Positions 1-7,760 of a stretch of DNA of 24,253 nucleotides are shown piece after piece (the first letter of the stretch is position 1; each line of letters opens with the position of its first letter). The notes below the pieces were generated by a model. That model was not told where the DNA came from, did not search any database, and worked only from the letters and a program-made list of their open reading frames with translations. The stretch is from Candidatus Thorarchaeota archaeon (GTDB lineage Archaea > Asgardarchaeota > Thorarchaeia > Thorarchaeales > Thorarchaeaceae): positions 1 through 24,253 of the forward strand of contig JBHLRQ010000043.1 in NCBI GenBank assembly GCA_048882385.1, in the 5' to 3' direction. The position numbers and the translations under genes are program-made.

Positions 1-11
1 CTTTGGTTCTC

Positions 12-482
12 TCACATATCTGGCTGAAAGACATCATCATACATATTCTGCAATCTGGCCTTGTGCATATCCTCTTCTTTGGCCAGAGCCTCGAAGACAG
101 ATCTGTGTGCTGCACTGGTAGTGAGTTCTGATAGTGCTTTGTAGAAGTTATTTGCTGCTGCTTCCTTTTTGATTGCAACAATCAAAACATCTTGAGGTGA
201 TGATGATGGTGATAATGGAACATCAACAAGATATTGGTCCAAATCCAATTTCTCTAGCTCTTCAACGGAACTACATGTGAAAGTGTCACAGACGCCTTCT
301 TTGAGTGCTTGTTCCAATTTTTGCTTATGGATTACCTCTTGATTTGCTAGATCCTTAAGCAACTTGGCGGAAGCCTTCAACTCCGAGTCCTCAGAAGCTT
401 TCATATAGAAATCATATGCTTCTTGTTCCCTCTGAATAGCAAGGGAAACCATTTTTTCGAAAGACTGTTGAACAGTTGTCAC
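12..482 (-). CDS. Ferritin-like / rubrerythrin-family diiron protein (no rubredoxin domain)
   Basis: Two repeated carboxylate motifs, EQEAYDFY...EVIH and EAAANNFY...EDMH; GTG start. Confidence 0.85.
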   Translation of the reverse strand: MTTVQQSFEKMVSLAIQREQEAYDFYMKASEDSELKASAKLLKDLANQEVIHKQKLEQALKEGVCDTFTCSSVEELEKLDLDQYLVDVPLSPSSSPQDVLIVAIKKEAAANNFYKALSELTTSAAHRSVFEALAKEEDMHKARLQNMYDDVFQPDM

Positions 483-559
483 TGAAATTCCCCATGTAGT
501 CTTTACGAATGCAGGTTTTAAGCATGATGTTGGAATTCCATCTAATATCTGAGTTCGAA

Positions 560-1852
560 TTACTTCTGAGGCACTATCTCTTTGATTTCAGATGGAAGAT
601 ACTTGAGCAATGCTGACGGTATCTTTACACTTCCATCCTCTCTCTGATAGTTTTCGAGGATTGCGACCATAGTCCTTGGATTGGCCATCATAGTGCTGTT
701 AAGTGTGTGGAGATATGCCTTTTCAGTACCGCCCTTTTTCAAACGGTATTTTATGTTTAGCCTGGTGGCTTGGTATGCAGTACAATTACTACATGAACCC
801 GCCTCACGATACTTCTGTTGTCCTGGGAACCAAAACTCCAAGTCTAGCTTCTTGGCCGCAACTATTCCGATGTCACCTGTACAAACGTTTACGATTCGAT
901 AAGGAAGTTTGAGTGCTTGCACATATTCTTCCTCGTTCTTGATTAATTCCTCATGAATTTTCCATGATTCATCTGGATGGCTGAACACATACTGCTCAAC
1001 TTTATTGAATTGATGGACTCTAAAGATACCCTTTGTATCCTTTCCGTGAGAACCTGCTTCTTTACGGAAACATGCACTTACTCCTGCAAGCTTGATTGGA
1101 AGGTCATTCGGTTCGAATACCTCTCCCATGTACATTGCAGAAATTGGATGTTCTGATGTTGCTATGAGATAGAGGTCCTCGCCCTCAATCTTGTACATTA
1201 CATCCTCAAAATCTGCTAGGTCTGTGACACCTTCATATGGTGTTCGTCGCATCATGAACGGCGGATAGATTGGAGTATACCCCTTCTTGAGGAGCATCTC
1301 AAGCGCCATCTGTTGCATCGCGATATCAAGAAGGACCAACTCGTTCTTGAGATAGTAGAATCTAGATCCTGCAATCTTTGCAGCTCGAGGGATATCACCT
1401 ACACCAAGGGTTTCAAGCAGATCCACATGACTGTGGTACTGGAAATCGAAGTTGGGTTTTCCTCCCCACTCTCTTACCACCACATTGTCCTCTTCGTCTT
1501 TGCCATATGGAACACTCTCGTGAAGGATGTTAGGAATACTCATCTGTATTCGATTCAGATTCGCCTGGATAGCATCTTTTTCAGACTCCAGAGACTTGAT
1601 TTCGTCATTTACTTTGTTGACTTGCTTTTCAAGTTTCGAACTATCTTGACCAGACTTCTTCAGTTCCCCAATCTCTCTTGACAGCTTATTTCTCCGAGTT
1701 CGCTGATCTTGGATTTCTCTCATCAGCACTCTTATTTTTTCATCCATCTCAAGCAGTTGTTCAAAGTCTTTGAGCTTGTCCTTATCCCTTCGAAGCTTGA
1801 GGTTTGCACGAATCAAATCTGTGTTATCTCTGATGAACCTGATGTCTAGCAT
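560..1852 (-). CDS. serS: Serine--tRNA ligase
   Basis: MLDIRFIR N-terminus, coiled-coil arm, LIATSEH, FRKEAG...GIFRVHQFNKVEQ, SCSNCT, HTLNST. ATG at 1852 is preferred over the track start at 1903. Confidence 0.97.
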   Translation of the reverse strand: MLDIRFIRDNTDLIRANLKLRRDKDKLKDFEQLLEMDEKIRVLMREIQDQRTRRNKLSREIGELKKSGQDSSKLEKQVNKVNDEIKSLESEKDAIQANLNRIQMSIPNILHESVPYGKDEEDNVVVREWGGKPNFDFQYHSHVDLLETLGVGDIPRAAKIAGSRFYYLKNELVLLDIAMQQMALEMLLKKGYTPIYPPFMMRRTPYEGVTDLADFEDVMYKIEGEDLYLIATSEHPISAMYMGEVFEPNDLPIKLAGVSACFRKEAGSHGKDTKGIFRVHQFNKVEQYVFSHPDESWKIHEELIKNEEEYVQALKLPYRIVNVCTGDIGIVAAKKLDLEFWFPGQQKYREAGSCSNCTAYQATRLNIKYRLKKGGTEKAYLHTLNSTMMANPRTMVAILENYQREDGSVKIPSALLKYLPSEIKEIVPQK

Positions 1853-1927
1853 CTGGAGCTCTCTCCTATCGAGTTGTATATTTGGACTGATTTCAGATAC
1901 CACATAAGTCGTTTCCTTAAGAAACCA

Positions 1928-3028
1928 TCATCTTCTTCTTGTTGCGATGGCTCTTTCATATACTTGTTCAATCTGATGAATCTGAGTTTTCCATGAATAG
2001 AAGTCCTCGACTTTTCTGCGGCAATTTTGGCCCATGGAAAGTCTGAGCTTTTTGTCATCTCCTAAAACTCTCATAGCATCAACAACATCCTCGACGCAGT
2101 GAGGTCTAACCAACAAGCCTTCATCTTTTCCAAGAAGTCGAACAGTTTCACCTATCGCTGTCGTAATCACCGGAAGGCCACAACTCATGGCTTCCATGAC
2201 ACTCAGACCCAATCCGCCAATATTCTGAGGGATTACAAAAGCATCCATTTTTTGCAAAACCTTAGGAATCTGATTATGGATTATGTTGCCAATCCATGTG
2301 ATTGAATCATCATCAACAGTATCCTCTATCTGATTCTTGAGCATACCATCTCCTATCAAGGTTAGTCTAGAATCTGGATTCTCACTATGGTACTGTCCGA
2401 ATGCATCCAGAAGAATGTTGACACCTTTGTCCAGACTCAGTCGACCTACATACACAAAATCAATGATTCCGTCATTCTCTCTCTTAGTTGGTGGACTGAA
2501 CAATTCAGTATCTACACCATTCCTGATTACTGAGAGTCTGCTCTCAGGAACTCCGTAATCAATGAAGTAGGGTTTCTGTGAAGGGTCTACAAGAATTATC
2601 TCATCAAATCTCTTAGCTGAAAATAGAGACCCCTTCCAGGCTATTGCAAAAAGAGTTGTGTAGAATGATACTCCCCCTGCATATGCAAGATGGAATGTTA
2701 CGGTTGTGGGTGGTAGATATTTTCTATAGAATGGGAGAAATGATTCAGTAGTTCCGGAGTTCATTTGAATGTGTACCACATCAATCTCATGTTCTCTACA
2801 GATTCGCGCAATCGATCGTGGGGAACTGAAGGAGTCAACCGAAAAATGCTTGTTGAGCCAAACTGCTTTGAACCTATGAATCTGCTCTTCAGGAAGACCA
2901 TCTACATTCTTTGAATGTGTGAGTGCATGTACCTCATGGCCTCGTTTTACTAGACCTTTCACGACACTGTCAGCACGAATACAGAGCCCATCCGGAGCTC
3001 CAAACTTGCTCACAATGCCTATCTTCAT
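1928..3028 (-). CDS. Glycosyltransferase family 4 (GT-B)
   Basis: VIRNGVDTELF, YVGRLSLDKG, GLSVMEAMSCGLPVITT motifs. Confidence 0.92.
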   Translation of the reverse strand: MKIGIVSKFGAPDGLCIRADSVVKGLVKRGHEVHALTHSKNVDGLPEEQIHRFKAVWLNKHFSVDSFSSPRSIARICREHEIDVVHIQMNSGTTESFLPFYRKYLPPTTVTFHLAYAGGVSFYTTLFAIAWKGSLFSAKRFDEIILVDPSQKPYFIDYGVPESRLSVIRNGVDTELFSPPTKRENDGIIDFVYVGRLSLDKGVNILLDAFGQYHSENPDSRLTLIGDGMLKNQIEDTVDDDSITWIGNIIHNQIPKVLQKMDAFVIPQNIGGLGLSVMEAMSCGLPVITTAIGETVRLLGKDEGLLVRPHCVEDVVDAMRVLGDDKKLRLSMGQNCRRKVEDFYSWKTQIHQIEQVYERAIATRRR

Positions 3029-3094
3029 TGTCTTGTCACCAGAAACAAGTTGCTACGAATTGACATCCTATTAACATGTTTCTATAAAATCGCT

Positions 3095-3745
3095 CTAGAT
3101 TTCAGCAGAGGGGCATACTGAATTGACACGACACTCTGGACATTTAGGTCGAAATGACTTACAAGTTTGGCGACCATGTGCACCCATAATTCTTGCATAA
3201 TCTTTCCACAGAGTTTTAGGTAGCATTTCCATTAAATCTCTCTCAATCTTTTCCGGTTGTTTATCATACTCACTGAGTCCAAGTTTCACTGTAACACGTC
3301 CTACATGTGTGTCAACAACCACTCCCTCACTGAGATTGAACGCAACTGATAAAATCACGTTGGCTGTTTTTCTACTCACTCCCTTGAGTGTAATCAGCTC
3401 ATCCATATTTTGGGGAATGGATCCACCAAAATTCTCAACAAGTGACCTTGATGTTTCAACAATATACACAGCTTTTCTATTGTAAGCGCCTATACCCCGA
3501 ATGAGTTCCACAACATCCTCTATCTTTGCTTTCGCCATTTTTTCTGGAGTTGGATATCTTGCAAATAAATCGGGAGTTAACTTGTTCACTGCTGCATCTG
3601 TTGTCCTGGCAGAAAGGATTGTTGCAATAGTCAATTCAAATGGGTTTCTGTAATTCAAGTAGGTCGCAGGTGCTTCTGGGTATGCTCTCTTCAATTCATT
3701 GATAATCTTCTTTACAAGTTCTCTCTTTTCCAAAATTCCCACCAA
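3095..3745 (-). CDS. nth: Endonuclease III (HhH-GPD glycosylase/AP lyase, 4Fe-4S)
   Basis: ILSARTTD, LKGVSRKTAN with catalytic Lys, VDTHV, C-X6-C-X2-C-X5-C. Confidence 0.93.
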   Translation of the reverse strand: MVGILEKRELVKKIINELKRAYPEAPATYLNYRNPFELTIATILSARTTDAAVNKLTPDLFARYPTPEKMAKAKIEDVVELIRGIGAYNRKAVYIVETSRSLVENFGGSIPQNMDELITLKGVSRKTANVILSVAFNLSEGVVVDTHVGRVTVKLGLSEYDKQPEKIERDLMEMLPKTLWKDYARIMGAHGRQTCKSFRPKCPECRVNSVCPSAEI

Positions 3746-3787
3746 TCCTATTTGACAATGAGGAAATGAGTAATCATTATTTACAGT

Positions 3788-5317
3788 TTATGTAGGGTCC
3801 CTCTCTCTAATCAAACCTTGGCTTGATATCCATGCTAAAATTAGCATGTTGAGTAAAAGTATTACAAGGAATAAATCTCCTTGATAGAAATACTGGAAGA
3901 ACAGACCTCCTATATATGGGCCAACAGATGCACACAACCAGACGATAAACCAGAAGACGCTAAGAATTTTGGAAGTATCCTGTCTTGGAAGACTTTTCTG
4001 AATTATTATGAGTAGTAAAAGGTACCATATCGAATCGTTTAGAGACTTCAATACTATTGCAAGGAATGGTGTTGAGAAGACTGCTCCAAGTCCAATCATT
4101 ATTGATTCAGCGTTGTTGACTATTGATCTAGGTGCCCAGTAAGGAATCATTGGAGATATTACAAGCATCATTGCAGAGATTGGTATAATGCAATAGACTC
4201 CCAAAGCCAACTTCTTCAAACTGTAACGATCGGACAATCTACCCGCTCCCAACAAGAGAGGAACCGAAACAAGTATTGTCACAAGACTCATGATGGTTAT
4301 GCCAGGTATCTCAATTCCTACCACTTCATAGATGTAAATGTATGAACCAAATTTGAACAACGAATCGCTAATGGAATCAATAATGACAACTGCAATCATA
4401 CCTGGTACTGTTTTCATGAGCAATCCCACAGCTCTTTTATTGTCTTCAAAGAACGCTCTTGGTAGAGAAACACCATCTCGTTTTATTTCTGGATCCTTTC
4501 CCTTTAGGAAAACAGCTCTAGCAATTGCAGCTGCAATGAGACATATCCCGCCTATTAGAAACATTAGACGTAGACTTGGTTCAAACCCAAGAAGTGGTGT
4601 CAATATGACGAATGAACCAAGTGTGACAATCCCTAGTAATCGTCCAATCTGAAAAAGCGAAAGTCCAAGTCCACTGTGTTTCTTGGGGATATTGTCCATG
4701 ATATATGCTGAAGATCCTCCTTTGAATATCTCCATGGTGGCTCCTATCATTAGAGCGATGAAGATCCAAGTGAACTCAATAAAAATTCCAAGAACTAAAT
4801 TATAAGCAGCCATCATGAACATGGCTATTACCGAGAGATGCTTTCTGTTTACAACATCTCCAACATACCCCCCACCCAGACGTGAAATTGCAGCTACTGC
4901 ATTGGATATAGATATGATGGCTCCAAGTGTAACGTAATCACCGGGATATAACTCGAGAAAGTAGAGATTGAAGAATAATCCCATGTAGCTAAAGGCACTG
5001 AAAATCCATGCAGTTGCCAAATAGACTGAATAATTTCGCCAAGAGAATATGATTTTGATAGAGTCAATCAGACTAGGACTTTCCTCTTTTATTTCATCAA
5101 GTTGGTCTTGGATTCTATCAAGTTTATGTCTGATCTTGTCTAGTTTTTCTTTTTCCTCTCTTATTTTGTCAAGTCTTTCTTCCTTTTCTTTTTCCCTCTC
5201 TTTTTCTCTCTCAGATTCTATCAAATCTTCCCAAGTGAGAAGATCAGCTTCAGTTTTAGGAGGTCCACCATCCAAGTCCCTTTCACTCCTTTCATCAGAA
5301 TGTTGGATGAGCTTCAA
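3788..5317 (-). CDS. MFS transporter with charged N-terminal coiled-coil extension
   Basis: About 12 hydrophobic segments; motif A-like GGYVGDVVNRK and AGRLSDRYSLK; ~85 aa E/K/R-rich N-terminus; TTG start uncertain. Confidence 0.88.
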   Translation of the reverse strand: MKLIQHSDERSERDLDGGPPKTEADLLTWEDLIESEREKEREKEKEERLDKIREEKEKLDKIRHKLDRIQDQLDEIKEESPSLIDSIKIIFSWRNYSVYLATAWIFSAFSYMGLFFNLYFLELYPGDYVTLGAIISISNAVAAISRLGGGYVGDVVNRKHLSVIAMFMMAAYNLVLGIFIEFTWIFIALMIGATMEIFKGGSSAYIMDNIPKKHSGLGLSLFQIGRLLGIVTLGSFVILTPLLGFEPSLRLMFLIGGICLIAAAIARAVFLKGKDPEIKRDGVSLPRAFFEDNKRAVGLLMKTVPGMIAVVIIDSISDSLFKFGSYIYIYEVVGIEIPGITIMSLVTILVSVPLLLGAGRLSDRYSLKKLALGVYCIIPISAMMLVISPMIPYWAPRSIVNNAESIMIGLGAVFSTPFLAIVLKSLNDSIWYLLLLIIIQKSLPRQDTSKILSVFWFIVWLCASVGPYIGGLFFQYFYQGDLFLVILLLNMLILAWISSQGLIRERDPT

Positions 5318-5352
5318 TATTATCAGGTCTCCAAACTGGTTGAAATGTGTAC

Positions 5353-5545
5353 TGCCGTTCCCTTTTGGACCCCTCCGAACCGAAGTTCGGATTAAATTTG
5401 AACGGCATTAGAACAAGAAGCAGTAGTTGCTGAGGCTATATAGACGCCTCACTTTTCATACATACTGTATTGAATGTACTACTCCGGGGGTGAATCTTTT
5501 CCTTCGTCCCCCGGGAATACTCCGGGTCCATTGCCTTCACCAAGG
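5353..5545 (-). ncRNA. Putative structured RNA element between the 83-aa ORF and the MFS gene
   Basis: Stems 5353-5360/5400-5407; 5374-5380/5385-5391 with a cUUCGg loop on the minus strand; 5431-5436/5446-5451; 5484-5490/5508-5514; long-range complement 5366-5372/5524-5530. Confidence 0.5.
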
Positions 5546-5548
5546 TCA

Positions 5549-5800
5549 CTAATCAAACACTAGCACTTTAACGTCGCCGTCCGCAGTCGGGATGGCCATG
5601 AGTTTGTGTGTGCAGATGTCCGCTGTGACCACAAGACATTCTGGTGGAGCATTCGCAGTGATTAGATTTCTTACAGCTAGCTCGAGGTTGATTGCTACAA
5701 GTCTAACAGTTTCTGAATCAGTGAATGGATCCACCTCTCGCCAATCATCTGGCTGAGTGAAGTCTCCGAATATTGGTTCGATTTTTTGTGTTCGTATCAT
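5549..5800 (-). CDS. Small hypothetical protein (83 aa)
   Basis: GGAGGA 10 nt before the ATG; protein-like composition; ends TAG TGA. Confidence 0.75.
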   Translation of the reverse strand: MIRTQKIEPIFGDFTQPDDWREVDPFTDSETVRLVAINLELAVRNLITANAPPECLVVTADICTHKLMAIPTADGDVKVLVFD

Positions 5801-5848
5801 TTTTCGTTTTTCCTCCGTTTTGCGGGTATGCCGCCATTTCTTTCATTA

Positions 5849-5923
5849 TTACCATGGTTCATTACTACCAGGTCCGTTGTCATGTGGGCTCATTGTGGTT
5901 TTCTCCTCCATTGTCGGTTTCAT
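5849..5923 (-). CDS. Putative micro-peptide MKPTMEEKTTMSPHDNGPGSNEPW (or 14 aa from ATG 5893)
   Basis: In-frame ATGs at 5923 and 5893 are each preceded by GGAG(T/G)A at 10 nt spacing; ends in three consecutive stops, TAA TAA TGA. Confidence 0.4.
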   Translation of the reverse strand: MKPTMEEKTTMSPHDNGPGSNEPW

Positions 5924-6130
5924 TTTTGTTCTCTACTCCAAGCGCAAGGTTGGTATGCCGGATTTCTCCAGCTCTGCTCCAAGCCTTTGGGGGGTTTGGT
6001 TTCATCGTTTAGCTTCTCTCTCTAGAAGCTCACACTGCAGAGTTGTTGTAAGAAACCCCTACCAACCGTGTCCAGCAACGAAGTAAATCGACGCTGTGCG
6101 CACCTTGCAGTCGAGTCCGATTGACCTACT

Positions 6131-6154
6131 ATCCACTGATTTGTATCAGTGAAT
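6131..6154 (-). other. Hairpin immediately after the 40-aa ORF stop
   Basis: Minus strand ATTCACTGAT-ACAA-ATCAGTGGAT, 10 bp including one G-U pair; no U tract. Confidence 0.5.
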
Positions 6155-6276
6155 CAGAATGGTGTCGGATCTTCGCATGGTGGCTGCACGACGGTCGAGA
6201 TACCGCGTACAACACCGATTGATAGCAACTCCAATGCAGCACGATTCTTCGTCATGCTCTCGTAAAGAGTTCTCAT
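6154..6276 (-). CDS. Small ORF, 40 aa, MRTLYESMTKNRAALELLSIGVVRGISTVVQPPCEDPTPF (45 aa if started at ATT 6291); not in the ORF track
   Basis: Manual translation; perfect GGAGGTGA at 6304-6297, 5 nt before an in-frame ATT. Confidence 0.55.
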   Translation of the reverse strand: MRTLYESMTKNRAALELLSIGVVRGISTVVQPPCEDPTPF

Positions 6277-6330
6277 CCGGTCTGTCTTAATCGCTTTCAC
6301 CTCCTTCGATTGCTGGAAGGTTGATCGGGG

Positions 6331-6454
6331 TCACACTGTGTAGATTCACTTCCTATTAGCACACGGTCTAGTACCTGTATCTCAATGCAGGTACCTTCCC
6401 ACGACTAACTAGGCGTAGGACTAACCTGTCCTTTGAGCTCATTCTACAGTGTGA
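6331..6454 (-). ncRNA. Structured 5' leader / riboswitch-like candidate
   Basis: Closing stem 6331-6339/6446-6454 with extension; internal hairpins 6371-6380/6385-6394 and 6417-6421/6428-6432; begins ~25 nt downstream of a TATA-like box. Confidence 0.5.
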
Positions 6455-6479
6455 AACCAAGTTAACGGGCTCAAAATCG

Positions 6480-6487
6480 TATAATAA
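6480..6487 (-). promoter_or_regulatory. Putative TATA box for the minus-strand RNA/micro-ORF unit
   Basis: TTATTATA; the predicted start (~6457) coincides with the base of the leader stem. Confidence 0.45.
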
Positions 6488-6510
6488 GGCCGCGTTGTAT
6501 TACGTAGGTC

Positions 6511-6530
6511 CATTAGACTTAGTTCTAATG
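6511..6530. promoter_or_regulatory. Palindromic candidate operator CATTAGA-N6-TCTAATG
   Basis: Perfect 7-bp inverted repeat in the divergent intergenic region next to two HTH genes. Confidence 0.45.
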
Positions 6531-6672
6531 ACTCTATAGCCATAATCTAGTGAAATCCTCCGCGGCTTGATGATTTTACAAATGTGGCAGGTACAAACAA
6601 GACGAGCCACCAAATTGATAACTAAACATCTGGCCATATTACCTGGATATTGTGCTAATATAGGTGTTAGAA

Positions 6673-7746
6673 ATGCGGCTCCTGGGATCTGGTGAATTAC
6701 GGCTCCTACGTCGATTGGTGATAGATCCATCACTTCGTCAAGCAAGTCTTGCACAAGAACTCAATGTGACACGATCTGCAATTAACCAAATTTGGCACAA
6801 ACTAAGCTCCGATTTCGATGCAGCAATTCGAAGTAATCTTGATTATGGAAAGCTTGGACTTCGATTTGTATTTGGGTGGGTGAGTGAGGGTAAGAGTCTG
6901 AATGTGCTATCTAAGTTCTCACAATGGCTTCATTCTAATCGATTCGTTACTCGGCTTACTAAATCAATAATGTCTTCGACAATGGACACACGGGTATACT
7001 ATGAAGCAATCCTTCCTATTGGCAAACAGTATAGTTGGTTTCGAAGCCAGATGGAGAGGTTCCGTAAGAAACCCTACTCTCTCAAGGTAGACTATGAGGT
7101 TGTTTCGAGTGTGGCGAATCATATGAACCTCGGTCTGTTTGATGGTGCGCAATGGGGCTTTAGTAATGACTTTCGTCTTGAAGCCTCAATTGGTGCGGCG
7201 AAACACTATGTTGATGTGCTTCCTGTCTTAAGCACAGTTATCCAGAGTGAAACAAATCCTGTCGATCTTCATGATTTAGTAATCGCAGCAGCACTGGAGG
7301 CTAATTACCATGTCACTGCAACTGAGCTCGCGAAGAAACTAGAAATGTTGGGATTGAAACCTCTTTCCGGTAGGACTCTTCGACGTCGCTTGGCTCAATT
7401 TAGAAAATCTTTGACTATACCTTATGTGAACATATCCCACATTGGACTCAATCAAAAGATAGTAGTCTGCTTGAAAGAAGAAAATTCGTCCAAGTCCGCA
7501 ATTAGCAGATTGCTTCATGCCCAGGCCAGTACTTTTCCTAAAGCTCGTGTCTTGTCTGGAACGAACATGACAGTTATCGATTTCGAAACCCCTGAGTATG
7601 TTGACTGGGTGACAATGTCTCAAATTCTATCCGGCATGATCGATAACACCTCAGAGATATGTACATTTATAGCCAAAAATCATGAAATAGACAAACGACT
7701 TGAGAGTGTGGTGTCCCACCTTGCATCACAAGCGCCCTCCGAGTAA
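6673..7746 (+). CDS. Tandem (2x) Lrp/AsnC-like wHTH + RAM-like regulator
   Basis: HTH1 QASLAQELNVTRSAINQ followed by the Lrp linker LDYGKLGL; HTH2 ATELAKKL...SGRTLRRRL followed by ISHIGL; AGGTG precedes ATG 6673. Confidence 0.8.
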   Translation: MRLLGSGELRLLRRLVIDPSLRQASLAQELNVTRSAINQIWHKLSSDFDAAIRSNLDYGKLGLRFVFGWVSEGKSLNVLSKFSQWLHSNRFVTRLTKSIMSSTMDTRVYYEAILPIGKQYSWFRSQMERFRKKPYSLKVDYEVVSSVANHMNLGLFDGAQWGFSNDFRLEASIGAAKHYVDVLPVLSTVIQSETNPVDLHDLVIAAALEANYHVTATELAKKLEMLGLKPLSGRTLRRRLAQFRKSLTIPYVNISHIGLNQKIVVCLKEENSSKSAISRLLHAQASTFPKARVLSGTNMTVIDFETPEYVDWVTMSQILSGMIDNTSEICTFIAKNHEIDKRLESVVSHLASQAPSE

Positions 7747-7760
7747 TGCAATAGCTGGCG

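Noticed and set aside
5365-5410. Group II intron domain V-like string GCCG...CGGTTCGGAGGGG on the minus strand
   Set aside because: The DV lower stem cannot form beyond a few pairs, the AGC/CGC triad is absent, and the UUCG hairpin explains the sequence better
5486-5496. c-di-AMP (ydaO) riboswitch fragment GGGGTGAATC
   Set aside because: The remaining consensus elements are missing and the orientation is opposite to the adjacent genes
5800-6010. CRISPR array
   Set aside because: Repeats are short and degenerate with no regular repeat-spacer period, and no cas genes are present
5757-6086. Three overlapping plus-strand hydrophobic ORFs in the track
   Set aside because: These are shadows of the purine-rich minus strand; SD signals are all on the minus strand
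5406-6530. 9-bp inverted repeat (CATTAGAAC / GTTCTAATG) as ends of a mobile element
   Set aside because: Too short, no evident target duplication or transposase; likely chance
6500-6754. 84-aa minus-strand ORF
   Set aside because: Overlaps the regulator gene and the putative promoter region; no recognisable motif
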